Shown here: in pieces, positions 15,749 through 31,765 of the stretch
Position numbering within the stretch: position 1 is the stretch's first letter
Layout: every line of letters begins with the position of its first letter
Assembly (NCBI RefSeq): GCF_009914755.1
Contig: NC_060936.1
DNA: 64,000 nt
Source of the DNA: the human T2T-CHM13v2.0 reference genome, Homo sapiens
Direction: 5' to 3' (one strand)
Program-made: the position numbers and the translations under genes
The notes under the pieces: model-generated
Told to the model about the DNA's origin: nothing
Seen by the model: only the letters and a program-made list of their open reading frames with translations
Database searches by the model: none

Positions 15749-15980
15749 ATATACATATATATGTATACATGTTCACATGTACACACTTATATACCCGTAC
15801 ATATGTATATATGCAATATATGTAATATCACATATGCATACAAATGTACACATATAGGTGTATACATATACACATGCACATATACACATGTACACATATA
15901 TGCAATATGACATGTATTACACACATACATATATACATACACACGTGTACACATACATATGTGTATATAAGTATATGTGT
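15749..15980. repeat. Degenerate (CA)/(TA) RY tract
   Basis: atacatatatatgtatacat...cacatacatat. Confidence 0.9.
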
Positions 15981-16169
15981 ATTTAAGGATGAGATAATAT
16001 GATAAGTGGGATTTGCTTTAAAATATTTCAGTGGGATAAGGTCATGGGGTAGGGGAACATTAAATGTGGGATACAGATGGGAAAAGAACACAGAATACTG
16101 ATAATTGTAGAAGCAGGGGTTTGGGTACATGGAAACTCACTATACTATTTTTCCTAGTTTTGTGTATTT

Positions 16170-16308
16170 TCTTTTTAAAAATTTTTTGTGGAGATGGGCT
16201 CTTGCTATGTGGCCTAGGCTGGTGTCAAACTCCTGGCCTCAAGTGATCTGCCCCTCTCCAGGCCTCCCAAAGCACCAGGATTACAGGCATGAGCCACTGT
16301 ACCCAGCC
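16170..16308 (-). mobile_element. Alu monomer (FLAM-like)
   Basis: Left-arm consensus only. Confidence 0.8.
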
Positions 16309-17448
16309 ATGTTTTGTATATTTTTTCAAAACAATTTCATAATAAAACATTCAAAATATGGTAGAATCATTGTTATAATGAAAGTACTCCCAGCCCAGGA
16401 CAATAGTGGTGGCAGAGGTTCCTGCCTGCAGGAGGCAATGATGCCATTGTTTTGTCAAATGTGAGTTCTGCAGAATATTTTTAATTTTTATTTTCATTTC
16501 TCTGGTTCAATTGTTACTGGCTTGAATGCAGGATATTAATATGTGCTGCACAAGAAAAGAATTCAGGGGTCAAGGTGGTTTTGGGATTAGTGGGTTCAAT
16601 AAAGCTCAAAGGGGGCCTTGGCTGCAGGAAGCTCTCTTTTTATGGAGCATTGCTGTCTGTGCATTGTCCTTGGGTACTGTGGCTCTAAGAGGGGACACAG
16701 AAGCATGTAGAACTTTTTACTTTTCCAACCATGGATTTTTTTTTTTAATACAGAGGATTTTGCTTAGTTACTTGGAGAAAAACTTGTGAAACACGAGGGT
16801 AAGAGAATTTGAGCCTTAGAAGGCATTGATGCAGAGGAGTGAATGCTTGGTCTCTATTGAGGAAGAGATCTGACCCTGAGGCTAGTACGCTTATAGCACA
16901 ATCAAGGGCCCAGGTTTCTCTAGAATAGTGGCCAAGCCACCTCAGCCACTTCATGGCTGTGGGCTTTGTGCAAAGCCCTTAAGCTTTTGGACCTTCATTT
17001 TCTAGTCTGGAAGTAGAATATAATATGTCTCGCTTGGTTATTGTGAAAATTTAATGAGATAACATGTTCAAAAATGCCCTGCAAATGTCAAAGTGCTGCA
17101 CAAATGGAAGCACGTGGTCTTTACCATCTACATACACTCCCTTGGGGTCTCCTGAAATGGGGGTGTAGGTGGAGGGAGTGGGGCTGGGGGAGAGAAGAGA
17201 TTGGGATCTTCTTCTTTCCTAAGTGAAGTTCTTATGCTCATCTGCCAGCCTATCTTAAAATGATCCCCAAGATGGTCACCTTCAAGACCAGTGAGATTTG
17301 TTTTAAAATAACAAGTCTTAGAAAATATCTACATGCAGTTCTTTTTTTCTCTTCCTAATGTGTCATAGTTATTTCCCCTTGTCAGATTAAGGTCCTGGAT
17401 ATTTTTTTGTGGGAATACAGTGGGGAGGAGGGTGGCCTGTAACTTTCA

Positions 17449-17739
<291 letters not shown>

Positions 17740-17938
17740 TTAACCTAGAGTCCCCCAACCCCACCCCCCCACAGCCTTCTATCTCTTTCCACTCCCTTCC
17801 TGTCCCTCCTCCACTCTACCAGGGATAAGTACTGCTCTGCACTTACTGTGTATCATTTCCACGCATGTTTTTAATACTTTTCCTACATACAGGTAAATCT
17901 ATAAACATTTATGTTTGAAAAATCTACTGAAATGGTAA

Positions 17939-18372
<434 letters not shown>

Positions 18373-19025
18373 TGATCTAATTTCTTTTAATTAATTCTCT
18401 TCATAAACCACTGCTAATCCAGTGGCAGTGAGATCATTTTAAATTTTTCTCTATTAAAACATGTGTTGCAAAGAACATGAATATATGTGGAGATTTCTCA
18501 GGGGTCAACACCTAGAAGCAGAACTCTTGGGTTGGTCATGGGCATGAACACCTTCAGCTGCACTAGGGATTGCCAAATTCCTCCCCAAAATGGTTGTGTC
18601 ATCTGGGGATTTTTGATACACACATTTATAAGATAACAGTTCTCCAGTGGTCCTGGACAAAAATGCCTGCCGTTTTTCAAAAAGCAGAAAGCTCTGAGGT
18701 GAGTGCCTCACCTTCCTATTAAAAGTGTCAAGGTTCCAAGGACATAGGAAAGCAGGGCTCCTAGGGTGCTGGGCTGACAGGGAGGAGATGAGTACACTTG
18801 GCATTTCTCTTACTGCTGCAGTTCCCTGCTCCATATTTATTAGTGCCATTCAGTTAGGGCTATCAAAATGTTGCTGCAAACATTAATTTGCTAGATACCA
18901 GGCTCGCCAGAGAGAGAGAGAGAGATTTCACTTGTTAGGTTGATTTTCTGGACAGACTGAAGCAAAGAGAAATCAAGAGAACAAATTTAAGAGAAAAAAT
19001 TAGGTGCTACAGGTGGCAATTGCTG

Positions 19026-19417
19026 TGCTGTGGTTTGAATGTTTGTGTCCCCTCCAAAAATTCATGTTGAAACTTAATCTTCAATGCAACAGTATTAAGA
19101 GGTGGAGGAGGTGATTAGGTCATGAGGGCTCTGCCCTCATGAACGGGACTGGTGCCTTGTGAAACAGTTGGAGGGAACTAGCTAGGTTCTTTTGCCCTTC
19201 CATCCCTCCCTCTATGTGAGGACACAGCCTTTGTCTGCTCTGGAGGACACAGTAACAAGGCACCATCTTGGAAGCAGAGACTAAGCTCTCAACAGACACT
19301 GAAGCTGCCAGTGCCTTGATTTTGGACTTCCAGCCTCTAGACTATGACAGATAAATTTCTATTATTTATTATCCAGTCTGTGGTATTTTGTTTTAGCAGC
19401 ACAAATAGACAAAGACA
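19026..19417 (+). mobile_element. MST-type MaLR solo LTR
   Basis: tgctgtggtttgaatg...gcagcacaaatagacaaagaca; TSD tgctg/tgcta. Confidence 0.88.
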
Positions 19418-19916
19418 TGCTACTAGACCTGGAGGGAAGATTAGAAAATAAATCTTGAAGGATAGGTAGGACTTAGGTGGAGAAGAGAGATAAAGCCATT
19501 CCAAAATGGAAGAATGGCCAGAGGCAAGAATAAGCTTGTGTGCTCACTTTCCTGGCTAGAATGTGAAGGGAGTTATTGGGAACTTAGATTGAAGGTGATA
19601 TGCCTGATGATGGAAAGCATGGAATTCCCATCAGGACTTTGCATTTCAGAAAGTAGGAAAAAAGCAAGAGGGAGAGAGAAGGCTGGAGAGTGAGGATGAG
19701 AGAGAGGCTACAGGGGAAGAAAGTGGAAAAGAAGTCAGGGAAGAGAAATGATGTTGGCAGAAGGGGAGGAACGTTATAAAACCCTCTGGGGGCGAGGCAG
19801 GCTGGTTGGTCCAGACAAATCCTCCACCCACCAAATTCCCCATGCTTATGTATTTTTCCAGACTCCCAGGCACAACCCCCTTATGGCTGCCATTTTATTG
19901 GCTGCTAGGTTTCCTA

Positions 19917-20165
<249 letters not shown>

Positions 20166-20259
20166 CTATGGGCTGAAACTACAAGAGAGGAACCAGCGAA
20201 AGTGGGGTTCACAGATCTCATTCATCTCCCCAAGCTCGGTTGTTAAGTCAAGCAAGCTA

Positions 20260-20388
<129 letters not shown>

Positions 20389-21353
20389 CTAGAACAGGAC
20401 AGACAGAAAAAACATGAGTCCGGAAAAGTGACTCCTTGGTGAACCTGGGGTTTCCCTCCTCTAAATGTCTTCCAAAGTTAGGAATCTGGGATCAGCTGCT
20501 AAAGCAATTTGACCATCTACTTTATATTAACCTTCTCATGGCCAGTGCTGAAGCTGAGGTGCTGCTCCAAGTGAAGGGGAGAGCCTGTACAAGGAGCACC
20601 CCTGACTCCAACCTTTGGGTTCACTCATTTTTTAGGCCCAGTAATATATGGCTTGAGTTTTTTTTTTTTTTTTTTTTTTTTTTTCCCCTCAGCATTTCAG
20701 TTCCACTAGCAGGTAAACTGTGGTTCACAACGTATTGTTCTTTCTAAAGAAAGAAATATCTAGTTGGGTAGAGGAAGGCACTGTCTTCCTGGCCCTTCTT
20801 CGTTCATATTTTTATGTCACTGTCCTAACGTGGGCCGTGTGCCAAGAGATCTTTGAGAAGTTAGAACGTTTAGCTAAGCTCGCCTTTACATGTATACAGA
20901 CAAGGGGAAGAGGAATGTAAGCATATGTTTACTGAGCGCAGATACTAGGCACTTTATACGTAATCTCTCTTTTAATCCTCAATCTTTTAATCCTCAAAAT
21001 AACCATATAAAGTAGAGGATGGTAAGTGCATTACAAGGGGGTTTGGTTGATTTGTCTGGATTATTATTTTACTTTGTGTCTGCCAACACAGTCTACAACT
21101 CACTTCTCCTTTCCTGGGATGAGGGGCAGGTCCAGTGACTCTGGCAGGGTCTCTCCTCCAGCCAGACACTGAAGAATGGAGTAGCCAAGTGGCCAGGTAA
21201 TTTTTGGTGTAATGGGCACTGCCACTAATCCCAGTCCTCAAATGGAAACAGCTTTGACTGGAACTTCAGACCCAGAATCAGAATCAGGCATCACTTGGGT
21301 TTACTATTAGAGTCTTTTGAACAGAGTGGTATAAGTCACTAACAATGCTCTCA

Positions 21354-21638
<285 letters not shown>

Positions 21639-22361
21639 TCAGAACTATAAACAAAGAGTTCTTCAGATTAGATGATAGGGAGGTCTCTGCCAAGTCTCTG
21701 ACTTCAGAAAAAGATACTAACACAAGTGTCAATGCTTGGGAGCAGGAAGGACAAAGGTCAGAACATTGAACTAGTGTTAAGAGCCACATTCCCTTTTACT
21801 TGCCTGGGTCTATTCTGAAAGCAAATGGGGGACTTAGGCAATGATCTAGAAAACACTTCACCCTCAATTATATGTGTGTGTTGGGGGGTATTTGTGTAGA
21901 CTGTTGGAGGGACTGTAATCAGGCTCTTTCCCTATTTAATGTAGAAGAGTGTTAGTCATTTTGGATAATCAATGTCAGAATAATTTGGTAAGATATATCA
22001 TCCACAGGAAGCATCACGGAAGAGAAACTGTTGACTGAGCGTCTACCATCTAATGTGTCGCAGGTCAGGACTTATTTAATCCAAACCACAGTCCAAGAGC
22101 GGGATATTTTCATCTACTCCTTCTGCACTCCGGCAATGACAGCAATTCCTTGTCAATTCTAGTCGAAGCTCTTTCTCTTTGCCTTTCCTCAGGGTCTCCA
22201 CATTATGTCACCTCTGCCATCGCCACCCCCGCCCACCCAAACACTGCTTCTCATCTGACCAATCCTTACTTATCCTCAGCATGGTGCCTGCTTGGCTGAG
22301 CCTTCTTTTATCTTTCTCTCTGCTGGGGGATATTCTCCAAGATGCCCCATGGCAATCTCTA

Positions 22362-22850
<489 letters not shown>

Positions 22851-23586
22851 TGTGGCAGGTTTCCCATGCCATTGCCTTTTCTTGCCTCAACTCTTCTGAG
22901 AGTTCCTTTAGGGTCAGGATTCCATCTTATCCCATGCCTGTAAACAGCTCAGTTAGCACTTAATTTCTAAGTGTTTATTGAGTGAATGGATGGTTGCTTG
23001 AGGTATGAGGTAAATATTATTATCATCAGTTTTTGGAAAAGAAAATGGAGGCCCAAAAAGGTGACATAATGTGCCCAAGGTCACAGAATCAACAAGGGGC
23101 AGAAGTGGGATTCAAACCTAGATTTGTTTGACCCGAAAGCTTTTTCCACTGCAGTATGCCATAGGAAGGTGGCAAGATGCTAACCAAAACCAGAGCCCAA
23201 AGATTTGATATAACCTTTGAGTTGTGTCTGTGGTTGTGAAGATTCCAAATAACATGGGATCAGCTTCTCTAGCTAGGCAGCTTTAGCAGGGGAGGTCCAT
23301 CTTCCTTAGGAAGCTCTCATCTTGGTTAAGGACTGCAGAGAGTAGATGATCTATGAAAATGCATCTTGGGCTCATAATTTCATTTGACTATAGCCATTGT
23401 GAAAAATGTGGCGTAGCAGGAACTGAATTGGATACCCCATTTTTTTTATGGCATTCAGATGTGCTCTTCTGAAATCTACAGGTGTTTCCAGACCTAAGAA
23501 TAACAGGAACATGGAGGAGTGGCATCTCCAGTGTAGCCACCCACCAAAGCCTCATCCTGAACACTATGGCCTAGTGGGTCACTTAC

Positions 23587-23663
23587 AGGGATGTAGCTGG
23601 CATTGATGTAGTCAGAGCAAGGATCATCATCTACATTGGAGAGCTTCACTCGCGTGGCATCAT
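23587..23663 (-). CDS. PTPRB: PTPRB exon 18/24, YDATRVKLSNVDDDPCSDYINASYIP
   Basis: tccag|ATGA acceptor, CCT|gtaagt donor, 77 nt; DYINA motif. Confidence 0.95.
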
Positions 23664-23734
23664 CTGGAAGGAGAGATTTGCTGCTGAGTCTTGGAGTGAC
23701 TTTTCTACAGTTTATGTGATGTGTGTGATGTGCC

Positions 23735-23840
23735 TTAGCTCTGATCCCCACAACAGCCACAGATGGGAAGTGATCTTATCTCCATTTTGCAGATGAGGCT
23801 CAGGCAGGATAACTAACTTGCCCCATGTTGCATAGGTGGC
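23735..23840 (-). mobile_element. MIR core fragment (copy A)
   Basis: ccattttgcagatgagg...aacttgcccc. Confidence 0.75.
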
Positions 23841-24317
23841 CTATAACCAGTCAGACACAGGAGACAACATGAAGCCCCATCTGTGCTTCCCTTTCTAACA
23901 TTACCACATTTGCCTGATGGAGTGGCCAGCTCCCTTTCACTGCTGGAATGAATACAATCCAGAAAACCTACCTTCTATTGCTTTACCTAATGGGGTAAGG
24001 AAATTTAAGTAGAAATTGCTAACCGAAGACTTTGCTAAGCAAACCCAGGTCTGCTTGATGTCAGAGCCCTTGCTGTTAACCCCATTTACTGCTTAGCCTC
24101 CAAAGAGAAGCAATAGCATCACATGGGGAAATGTCAACAGCATAAGAGGACTTTCATAATCAGAATTTAAACTGGCTATTATCCCTCTGGAGGGAAGTGC
24201 AGGAATATACAAGCTATTTCTTATTAAAGGCATTCAGAGCTTGAGATTGTCCATATCGAGCTATATTATATTTCTTTAGCCTCATTTCATTTTTGGAGAA
24301 AAATGCAGAAATGGCTA

Positions 24318-24449
<132 letters not shown>

Positions 24450-24549
24450 TTAGGTCAAATATGAGTTTGTAAGTGGAGAATATGAAATAGAATAAAGCAA
24501 ATCATACAGTCCTGGAGATAACATAATAACATGAAAATATATACACTAG

Positions 24550-24740
24550 CTATTGTTTATGAATGCCTAGTACTCAACATGCATTAGCCCTGATCCCCAC
24601 AACAGCCCCACAAGGGAGGTGGTGGTCTCACTATTTTACAGGTGAGGCTCAGTCAGGATAACTGATGTGCCCCAGGTCACCCAAGTGGCAAACCTGAGAA
24701 TCAGTTCCAAAAGCTACGTGCTTTTTGCGAAACCACGGCA
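24550..24740 (-). mobile_element. MIR fragment (copy B)
   Basis: attttacaggtgagg...gccccaggtcac. Confidence 0.75.
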
Positions 24741-24978
24741 TCTTCCAGCCAAGCAAATGGCCAGGCTGAATATCTGACAGCATTAGGTCTGCATTTGAGA
24801 TTTGTTAATTCTTCCTTACTATCTGATCCAGGTAGCCCTTGGTTTGCTGTGTTATTCTGGAGCTCAAGCTGGCCTCTAAGATTAGATGGTATATTCTATT
24901 CAGGGCATAGTTTAGGCATAAAAGAGTGCTCAGCTGAGATTCTAAGCAGCCTCCTAACTTCTGAGCTCAATCAGCCTA

Positions 24979-25170
<192 letters not shown>

Positions 25171-25258
25171 TTACTGCAGAAAAGGGAAAGTGCCATAACT
25201 ATTCTGACTCATATTTCAAAGGCAGATAATATAGTAATTAATGTGTTCTCTCTCTTAC

Positions 25259-25276
25259 CAAGAAGTTTTCCGGTTA
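25259..25276 (-). CDS. PTPRB: PTPRB exon 15/24, 18-nt micro-exon (G)NRKTS(C)
   Basis: Long pyrimidine tract + cacag|TAACCGGAAAACTTCTTG|gtaaga; CTAAC branch point about 33 nt upstream; phase 2-2. Confidence 0.88.
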
Positions 25277-25370
25277 CTGTGAAGAGAAGCCAAAAGAGGA
25301 AGACTTTGTTAGCAAATTTCACATAATACCATCTTTCAGCAAATTATACGAAGGCAAATGTGGTGCTTAC

Positions 25371-25454
25371 CCTTTCTGGCCCAGGTTTAAGTGGACAGAT
25401 AATGGTCGATCCCTACGAATGCTCAGACGGGCAGAGGGTCTTTCTCGACCATGG
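25371..25454 (-). CDS. PTPRB: PTPRB exon 14/24, juxtamembrane, SHGRERPSARLSIRRDRPLSVHLNLGQK
   Basis: ttcag|CCAT acceptor, AGG|gtaagc donor, 84 nt, phase 2-2. Confidence 0.93.
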
Positions 25455-26289
25455 CTGAAACATAAGGGAGATAACTTTTATTCTGATTATGATACTTGGC
25501 TTGAACAAATTTTTCCATTTATGGTAAGGCTGTGGATGTTTGTGCAAATATGGATTTTTCAGTATTCATATAGATTTGCACTCAGCCAACATCTCTGAGG
25601 GAGGGAAAGGAAAGAGAATAAAGTAGATCATTCCCACCCAGAAACGGATCTCTGCAAAAACTGAAGATTTGTCTCCTGGTTTTTGGCTACAGGTTATAAT
25701 CACTTCCCACATTCTCAATAAAACTTTGCTTTAAAAAAATCCAGTAAATTTCAGATGCCAGACACGACTTCAATAAAGAGGAACATGTGCCAAATTAAGA
25801 AAAAAAATTCACTAAGAGAAGAAGGCACGACACTTGGGGCCACATGCTATTTGGTTCTTTTTGGTCCCTTCTTAAATTAGGATGGCAGATATGAACTACA
25901 AAATGGTGATGTCAACCACACTTTTCAGGATATTTCAGAAAAGCACTTGGGCATGCAATTTGCAAACATCTCTGTCTTCATGAGGATATGAACCACACAC
26001 ACACACAAAATATTTTTTTCCTGTGCAAAAGGAGTCACTTCATCTTTAAATAAAGCTATAGATGGCCCCTCAGTCCTTTGGTAAGGGCTGAATTCATCAA
26101 TGGGATATAAAAGAGCTGAGAAAAGTGAGTCATGGCTTTAGAGTTTGACTTGTTTTTATTGAGAAAACAGTGACAATTTAACCTGGAAAAATTAAATTAT
26201 TTTCCCTTCTTAGTTTTCAGCCTAAAGGGAATTTTCAGTTGCATTTTTAAAGTTGTGGGTCCAATCACCAAAAGGATCTTTGTACTTAC

Positions 26290-26389
26290 CTCACTTTCTG
26301 TCTGCAGATCAATAAGGCAACAACAGCCACTAGCATGCCAATTAAAAACAGACCAGCACTCACACCTTCAATAGCTCCAAACAAGGGCT
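26290..26389 (-). CDS. PTPRB: PTPRB exon 13/24, transmembrane helix, EPLFGAIEGVSAGLFLIGMLVAVVALLICRQKV
   Basis: tgtag|AGCC acceptor, GAG|gtaagt donor, 100 nt; hydrophobic run followed by basic residues. Confidence 0.95.
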
Positions 26390-26877
26390 CTACAATAATC
26401 CAGATAGAAACAACAAACGCAGGTGGGAAAATTAGTGCTAGGGAACCAGTAAGAAAGCTATTGAAGCCATATCTCCCAAGTAATGTTATTACAAATAGAA
26501 TTCAAGTGATGCCCACGATGAGGCATTTACTTTCCAAAGGCTCTGAGTATGCACCTAAGAAGATGATGAAAGGCTGGCTCCCACCCTGTAGCAGTGAGGC
26601 CAGGTGTCACTGCATACTTTTGAAGTTAATGTTGCATAGCTTATAGAGGAATTTTGGACTTTGCACTTGTATATAAAGCTTGGGGCACCTGAGATAAAGG
26701 CCATAAGTTTGCCACCAAGATAAAAATGCCATTTCATTTATATAAAACATGTTACACAGCATCTGGGGCTTTGGAAAATCCAGTGGATTGCTTGGAGCTA
26801 TTCTAAGAAGTCTTATTTTTATTATCTGGTATGGTAACGCTACTGGGAGTTTATGAAGAGGTAAGAGTGGCCTCATT

Positions 26878-28690
26878 TTTAAAATAGCTTTATTGAAATA
26901 TCATTCATATAGCATGCAACTCACCCATCTAAGTTGTACAATTCAGTGGTCTTTAGTATAGTCAAAGTTTTGCAAATGTCACCACAATCAATTTTAAAAC
27001 ATTTTCATCACCCTCAAAAGAAACCGCATACCTATTAGCAGTCAGTCCCACTCCTCCCTCCCCGCGATCCCTGGCAACCACTAATCTACTTTCTGTGTCT
27101 GTGGATTTGCCTATTCTGGATGTTTCATAGAAATGAAATCATAAATCTGTGATCTTTTGTGACTGGCTCCTTTCATTTAGCATAATGTTTTCAAGGTTCA
27201 TCCATGTTATAGCATATACCAAGATTTCATTCCTTTTTATGGTTGAATAATCGTCCATTGTATGGATATATCACATTTTGTTTATCCATTGATGGACATT
27301 TAAATTGCTTCTACTTTTTGGCGATTATGAATAATGCTGCTATGAACATTCATGTACAAGTTTCTATGTGGACATATGTTTTCATTTCTCCTGGGTATAT
27401 ACTGAGGAGTGAAATTGCTGGGTCGTATGGTAACTCTAGGTTTAATATTTCTATAAACTGTTTTTCAAAGCAGTGACACCATTTTACATTCTCATAAGCA
27501 GTGTATGGAAGGTTCTGATTTCTTCATATCCTCACTAACTCTTGTTACTGTCTTTTTGATTATAGCCATGCTACTGGGTGTGAAGTGGTATCTTCTTGTG
27601 ATTTTGATTTGCATTTCCCTAATGATTCATGATGTTGAGCATCTTTTCATGTGCTTATTAGTCAACTGTATATCTTCTTTGGAGACATGTCTATTCAGAG
27701 CCTTTGCCCATTTAAATATTGTGTAATTTGGCTGGGCACGGTGGCTCATACCTGTAATCCCAGCATTTTGGGAGGCTGAGGCAGGCAGATCACGAAGCCA
27801 GGAGTTCGAGACCAGCCTGGCCAACATGGTGAAACCTTGTCTCTAATAAAATACAAAAATTAGCCGGGTGTGGTGGCGCATGCCTGTAGTCCCAGCTACT
27901 GGGGAGGCTGAGGCAGGAGAATTGCTTGAATTTGGGAGGTGGAGGTTGCATTGAGCCAAGGTGGCATCACCGCACTACAGCCTGGGTGACAGAGCAAGAC
28001 TCCGTCTTGAAAAAAAAAAATATATATATATATATATGGCCTGGCGTGGTGGCTTACGCCTGTAATCCCAGCACTTTGGGAGGCCGAGACAGGTGGATCA
28101 CAAGGTCAGGAGATCGAGAACATCCTGGCCAACACGTGAAACCCTGTCTCTACTAAAAATATAAAAAAATTAGCCGGGCGTGGTGGCGGGCGCCTGTAGT
28201 CCCTGCTACTTAGGAGGCTGAGGCAGGAGAATGGCGTGAACCTGGGAGGCGGAGCTTGCAGCGAGCCGAGATCGCACCACTGCACTCCAGCCTGGGCGAC
28301 AGAGCGAGACTTTCTCAAAAAAAAGAAAAAAAAAAAAGGAAAAAAATATATATATTACACTATATATATAGTGTAATTTGTGTTTTTATTATTAAATTGT
28401 GAGGTAAGAGTTCTTTATATGCTATTCAGCCCTTATCAGATATGTGATTTGGAAAATAAATATTTTCTTCCTATTCTGTAGGTTGTCTTTTTACTTTGCT
28501 GATAGTGTCCTTTGAAGCACAAGTTTTTAATTTTGATTAAATCCAGAGTATCCATTTTTTCTTTTGTAGCTTATGCTTTTGGTGTCCTATCTAAAAAGCT
28601 ATTTTCTAATCCAAGGTTACAAAGATTTACACCTATGTTTTCTTGTAAAAGTGTTACTGTGTTATCCCTTAAATTTAGGTCTATGAAGTG
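26878..28690 (-). mobile_element. L1MB-type 3' fragment interrupted by two Alus (27730-28037 AluS, 28038-28346 AluY, both +)
   Basis: tttattgaaata...gaataatgctgctatgaacatt...gatgttgagcatcttttcatgtg; resumes after the Alus at gtgtaattt TSD. Confidence 0.9.
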
Positions 28691-29229
28691 GCCCATTTTT
28701 GAAGTTGCATTTTAAGATCTTAGATTTGTTTGTTCCATGTTGCTTTTCAAGACTCATCAAATCAACACAATCATCTTTCCTTGAATGTAGTTAATATCCT
28801 TTTTTGAATATACGTTTACTGTCTTCCTGTACTGGACTACATGCAATTTTTGTCATGTAACAGTATTTCAAAAAGGAAAGAATTGTGTTTACAAAGTCCC
28901 TACATTAAATTATAAGTAAAGACATCTAAATCCTCTTAACTGTGTTCTCATCCCCCTTTAGCTTGAAATTGGGAGATTATCCCTATATTTGGCATAAATA
29001 GATTGGAATGTTTGTGAGGCTGAGTCATCGTTTGTCATGCAGCACGAGAGACAGTTTTAGCTGTAAAGAACTTCCCAGACCTAGAGATCAAGCATTGCAG
29101 AACACGGATTACAGGAAAAGGCTACGCAGACGATGGTGTTGGGAGGGAAGGTGATGAAATGATGCTATTCTCAGCCTGGTGGAAGTATTCAGAGACAGGG
29201 CAGTGCAGAGGTTGTATGCTTGGGCAGAA

Positions 29230-29430
29230 AGTGCCAGAATTTCAGCTGCACCATCTTGGGCAAATTACTTAATCTCTTGGTGCCTCATGTCCTCATCTTT
29301 AAGATGGGGATGATAATAGCATCTAGCTCAAAAGACTGTCATGAGAATTGGACAAGTTATCCCATGTAAAATGCTTAAAACTATGTCTCCATAGAGAAGG
29401 TGAACAGTAAATACTAGCCACTATTATTAC
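29230..29430 (+). mobile_element. MIR
   Basis: cttgggcaaattacttaatctc...ctcatctttaagatgggga. Confidence 0.75.
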
Positions 29431-29988
29431 TCAGGCTTTCCCTCTAACACACTAGAGAAGTCTCTTTCAGAAATTGTTATGCACAGTCTTTTATATTAAT
29501 GGTTTTTAGTACTACAAAGTCAACACATAATAAGCAAAAGGAAGAAAAATCACCTGTATTTCCATTACTTTGAGATACACATCATTAATACTTTGGTGTT
29601 TTTTTCTTTTAGTCTTTTTTTCCTGAGCATTTCTGTGTATATGCATATATACATTCTCACTTTTAACTGAAAGTGTTTTGTAGTAACTTATATTTTGGCC
29701 TGTGAAAACTCTTGATTTTAATGGTTTTCACTCACTATTTAGAAAATAATTCATTTTTAATAGAAAAAAATACTGTACTTCCACCTTCTTTTTAGATTAA
29801 CCCCCTTTCAATCCATTCTTCTAGAGAAGTTGTACAATCCCTTTGATCCACATCAATTTTTGGTCACATAAAGATTAAGTTCCAAATGAAAATAAATGTT
29901 CCCCCCACCATCAGCCAATATCTCCCCATTAGAGGCTCTTGTAGGTGACATGGCAGTTGGTAGAACATGATGTAAAGGTTAGCCTTAC

Positions 29989-30095
29989 CTGATTCAGTAG
30001 TGATGGGTAAAGAAAAAAATGTGTCTGAATAGAGTGGCTTTGTGAATTCCTTCAGGTCCTCATCAAAGAGCTGTGTAAAAGCTCGAATGCTGATT
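29989..30095 (-). CDS. PTPRB: PTPRB exon 12/24, RISIRAFTQLFDEDLKEFTKPLYSDTFFSLPITTES
   Basis: ttcag|AATC acceptor, CAG|gtaagg donor, 107 nt, phase 2-1 restores frame. Confidence 0.93.
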
Positions 30096-30239
30096 CTGAA
30101 AAGAAAACCGATTTATTTAAATATAAATTAGTTGTTGAACACAGTAGCTGAAAAATGTGTTCAAGGAGAAATAGGGCGGGTTCCTGGTCAGTGGGTAGCA
30201 GGGTAGAATATGAGTTATGGAATCGGATAGACCTGGGTT

Positions 30240-31240
30240 CATGCATTCATTCATCAATTTATTCATAAATATTTATTGAGCCCCTGCCACACGCCAATCA
30301 CTGTTCTAGTAGCTGGGACTTTGCAAGGAACAAAACAAAGTCCCTGCCATTCCAGAGGTTACATTCTCATGGAGGAAGTCAGACAATAAACACACAAATA
30401 TAATAAATCAGATGAGATGTGTGCTATGAAAAAGAAAAGAGCAGGGTAAGGAAGATGGAAAGCAATGGGAATAAAGCATGTGGGACTGCTTCATTCAGAA
30501 TGGTAGTGATGAAGGCAGTGAGTGAGAAGTGTTGGATATATCAAAGGAAGAACTAAAAGATTTGCTGATGAATATAGAGTATGGATGATTCCACATGTTC
30601 TGGATGGGGAACAACTGGAAGAAGGGAGGTGTCACCTACTAACATGAGGGAAAACTATTGAGAAGTAGACTGGGGGGTTTGGGAAGATCCAGACAGATCA
30701 GTTGTGGAGGAAGTAATTCCGAGATGCCCATTAGAGAAGTCAAGTGGCCCAAATATCAATATTATTGTTGTTGTTATTTTAACTTACATATCTTTTGGCA
30801 CTATTTTCTAAAGATCATTTTATCTAAAAATATTCTAATATCATATTTATTGTCAACAGGAAATATTTGTTAAAGCACTGCTTTATAAATTGCTGAAGTT
30901 AAAAAGAGATGTATGGTCACTAGTCTTGGAAACTTGAAAGACAAAATACAAAGGAATCAGGCAAATAGCAAAATAAGAAAGCATATATACAATGGCAAAT
31001 GAGGAATGGTAGAATATGGAGGAAACAGTGTGTGTGGGCATAGGAGGTGAGGTGGCTGGAGCAGAGAGCTCAATGAAGAGACTGCTGGGATAGTCAGGCC
31101 AAGGACACAGGGCCCTGGCCAGGAGCCCTGGCAATGAGAATGGAAAGAAGACTGTGAAAGGCACTGAGAGGAGGAACTAGATGGGGCCCAGACTGAAGAG
31201 AAGCAGGGGAGAATCAAGGATGGCCTAAGACTTGAGCTCA
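30240..31240 (-). mobile_element. L2 fragments
   Basis: cattcattcatc..aaatatttattgag..(L2 3' end) followed by purine-rich L2 body. Confidence 0.65.
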
Positions 31241-31249
31241 TGTCACTCA

Positions 31250-31765
<516 letters not shown>

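Larger units (their letters stand above)
15270..16170 (+). mobile_element. Old L1M 3' end (L1MC/MD-like) with internal RY tract
   Basis: tactgactggatattag...gatttgctttaaaatattt...ttgataattgtagaagc. Confidence 0.65.
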
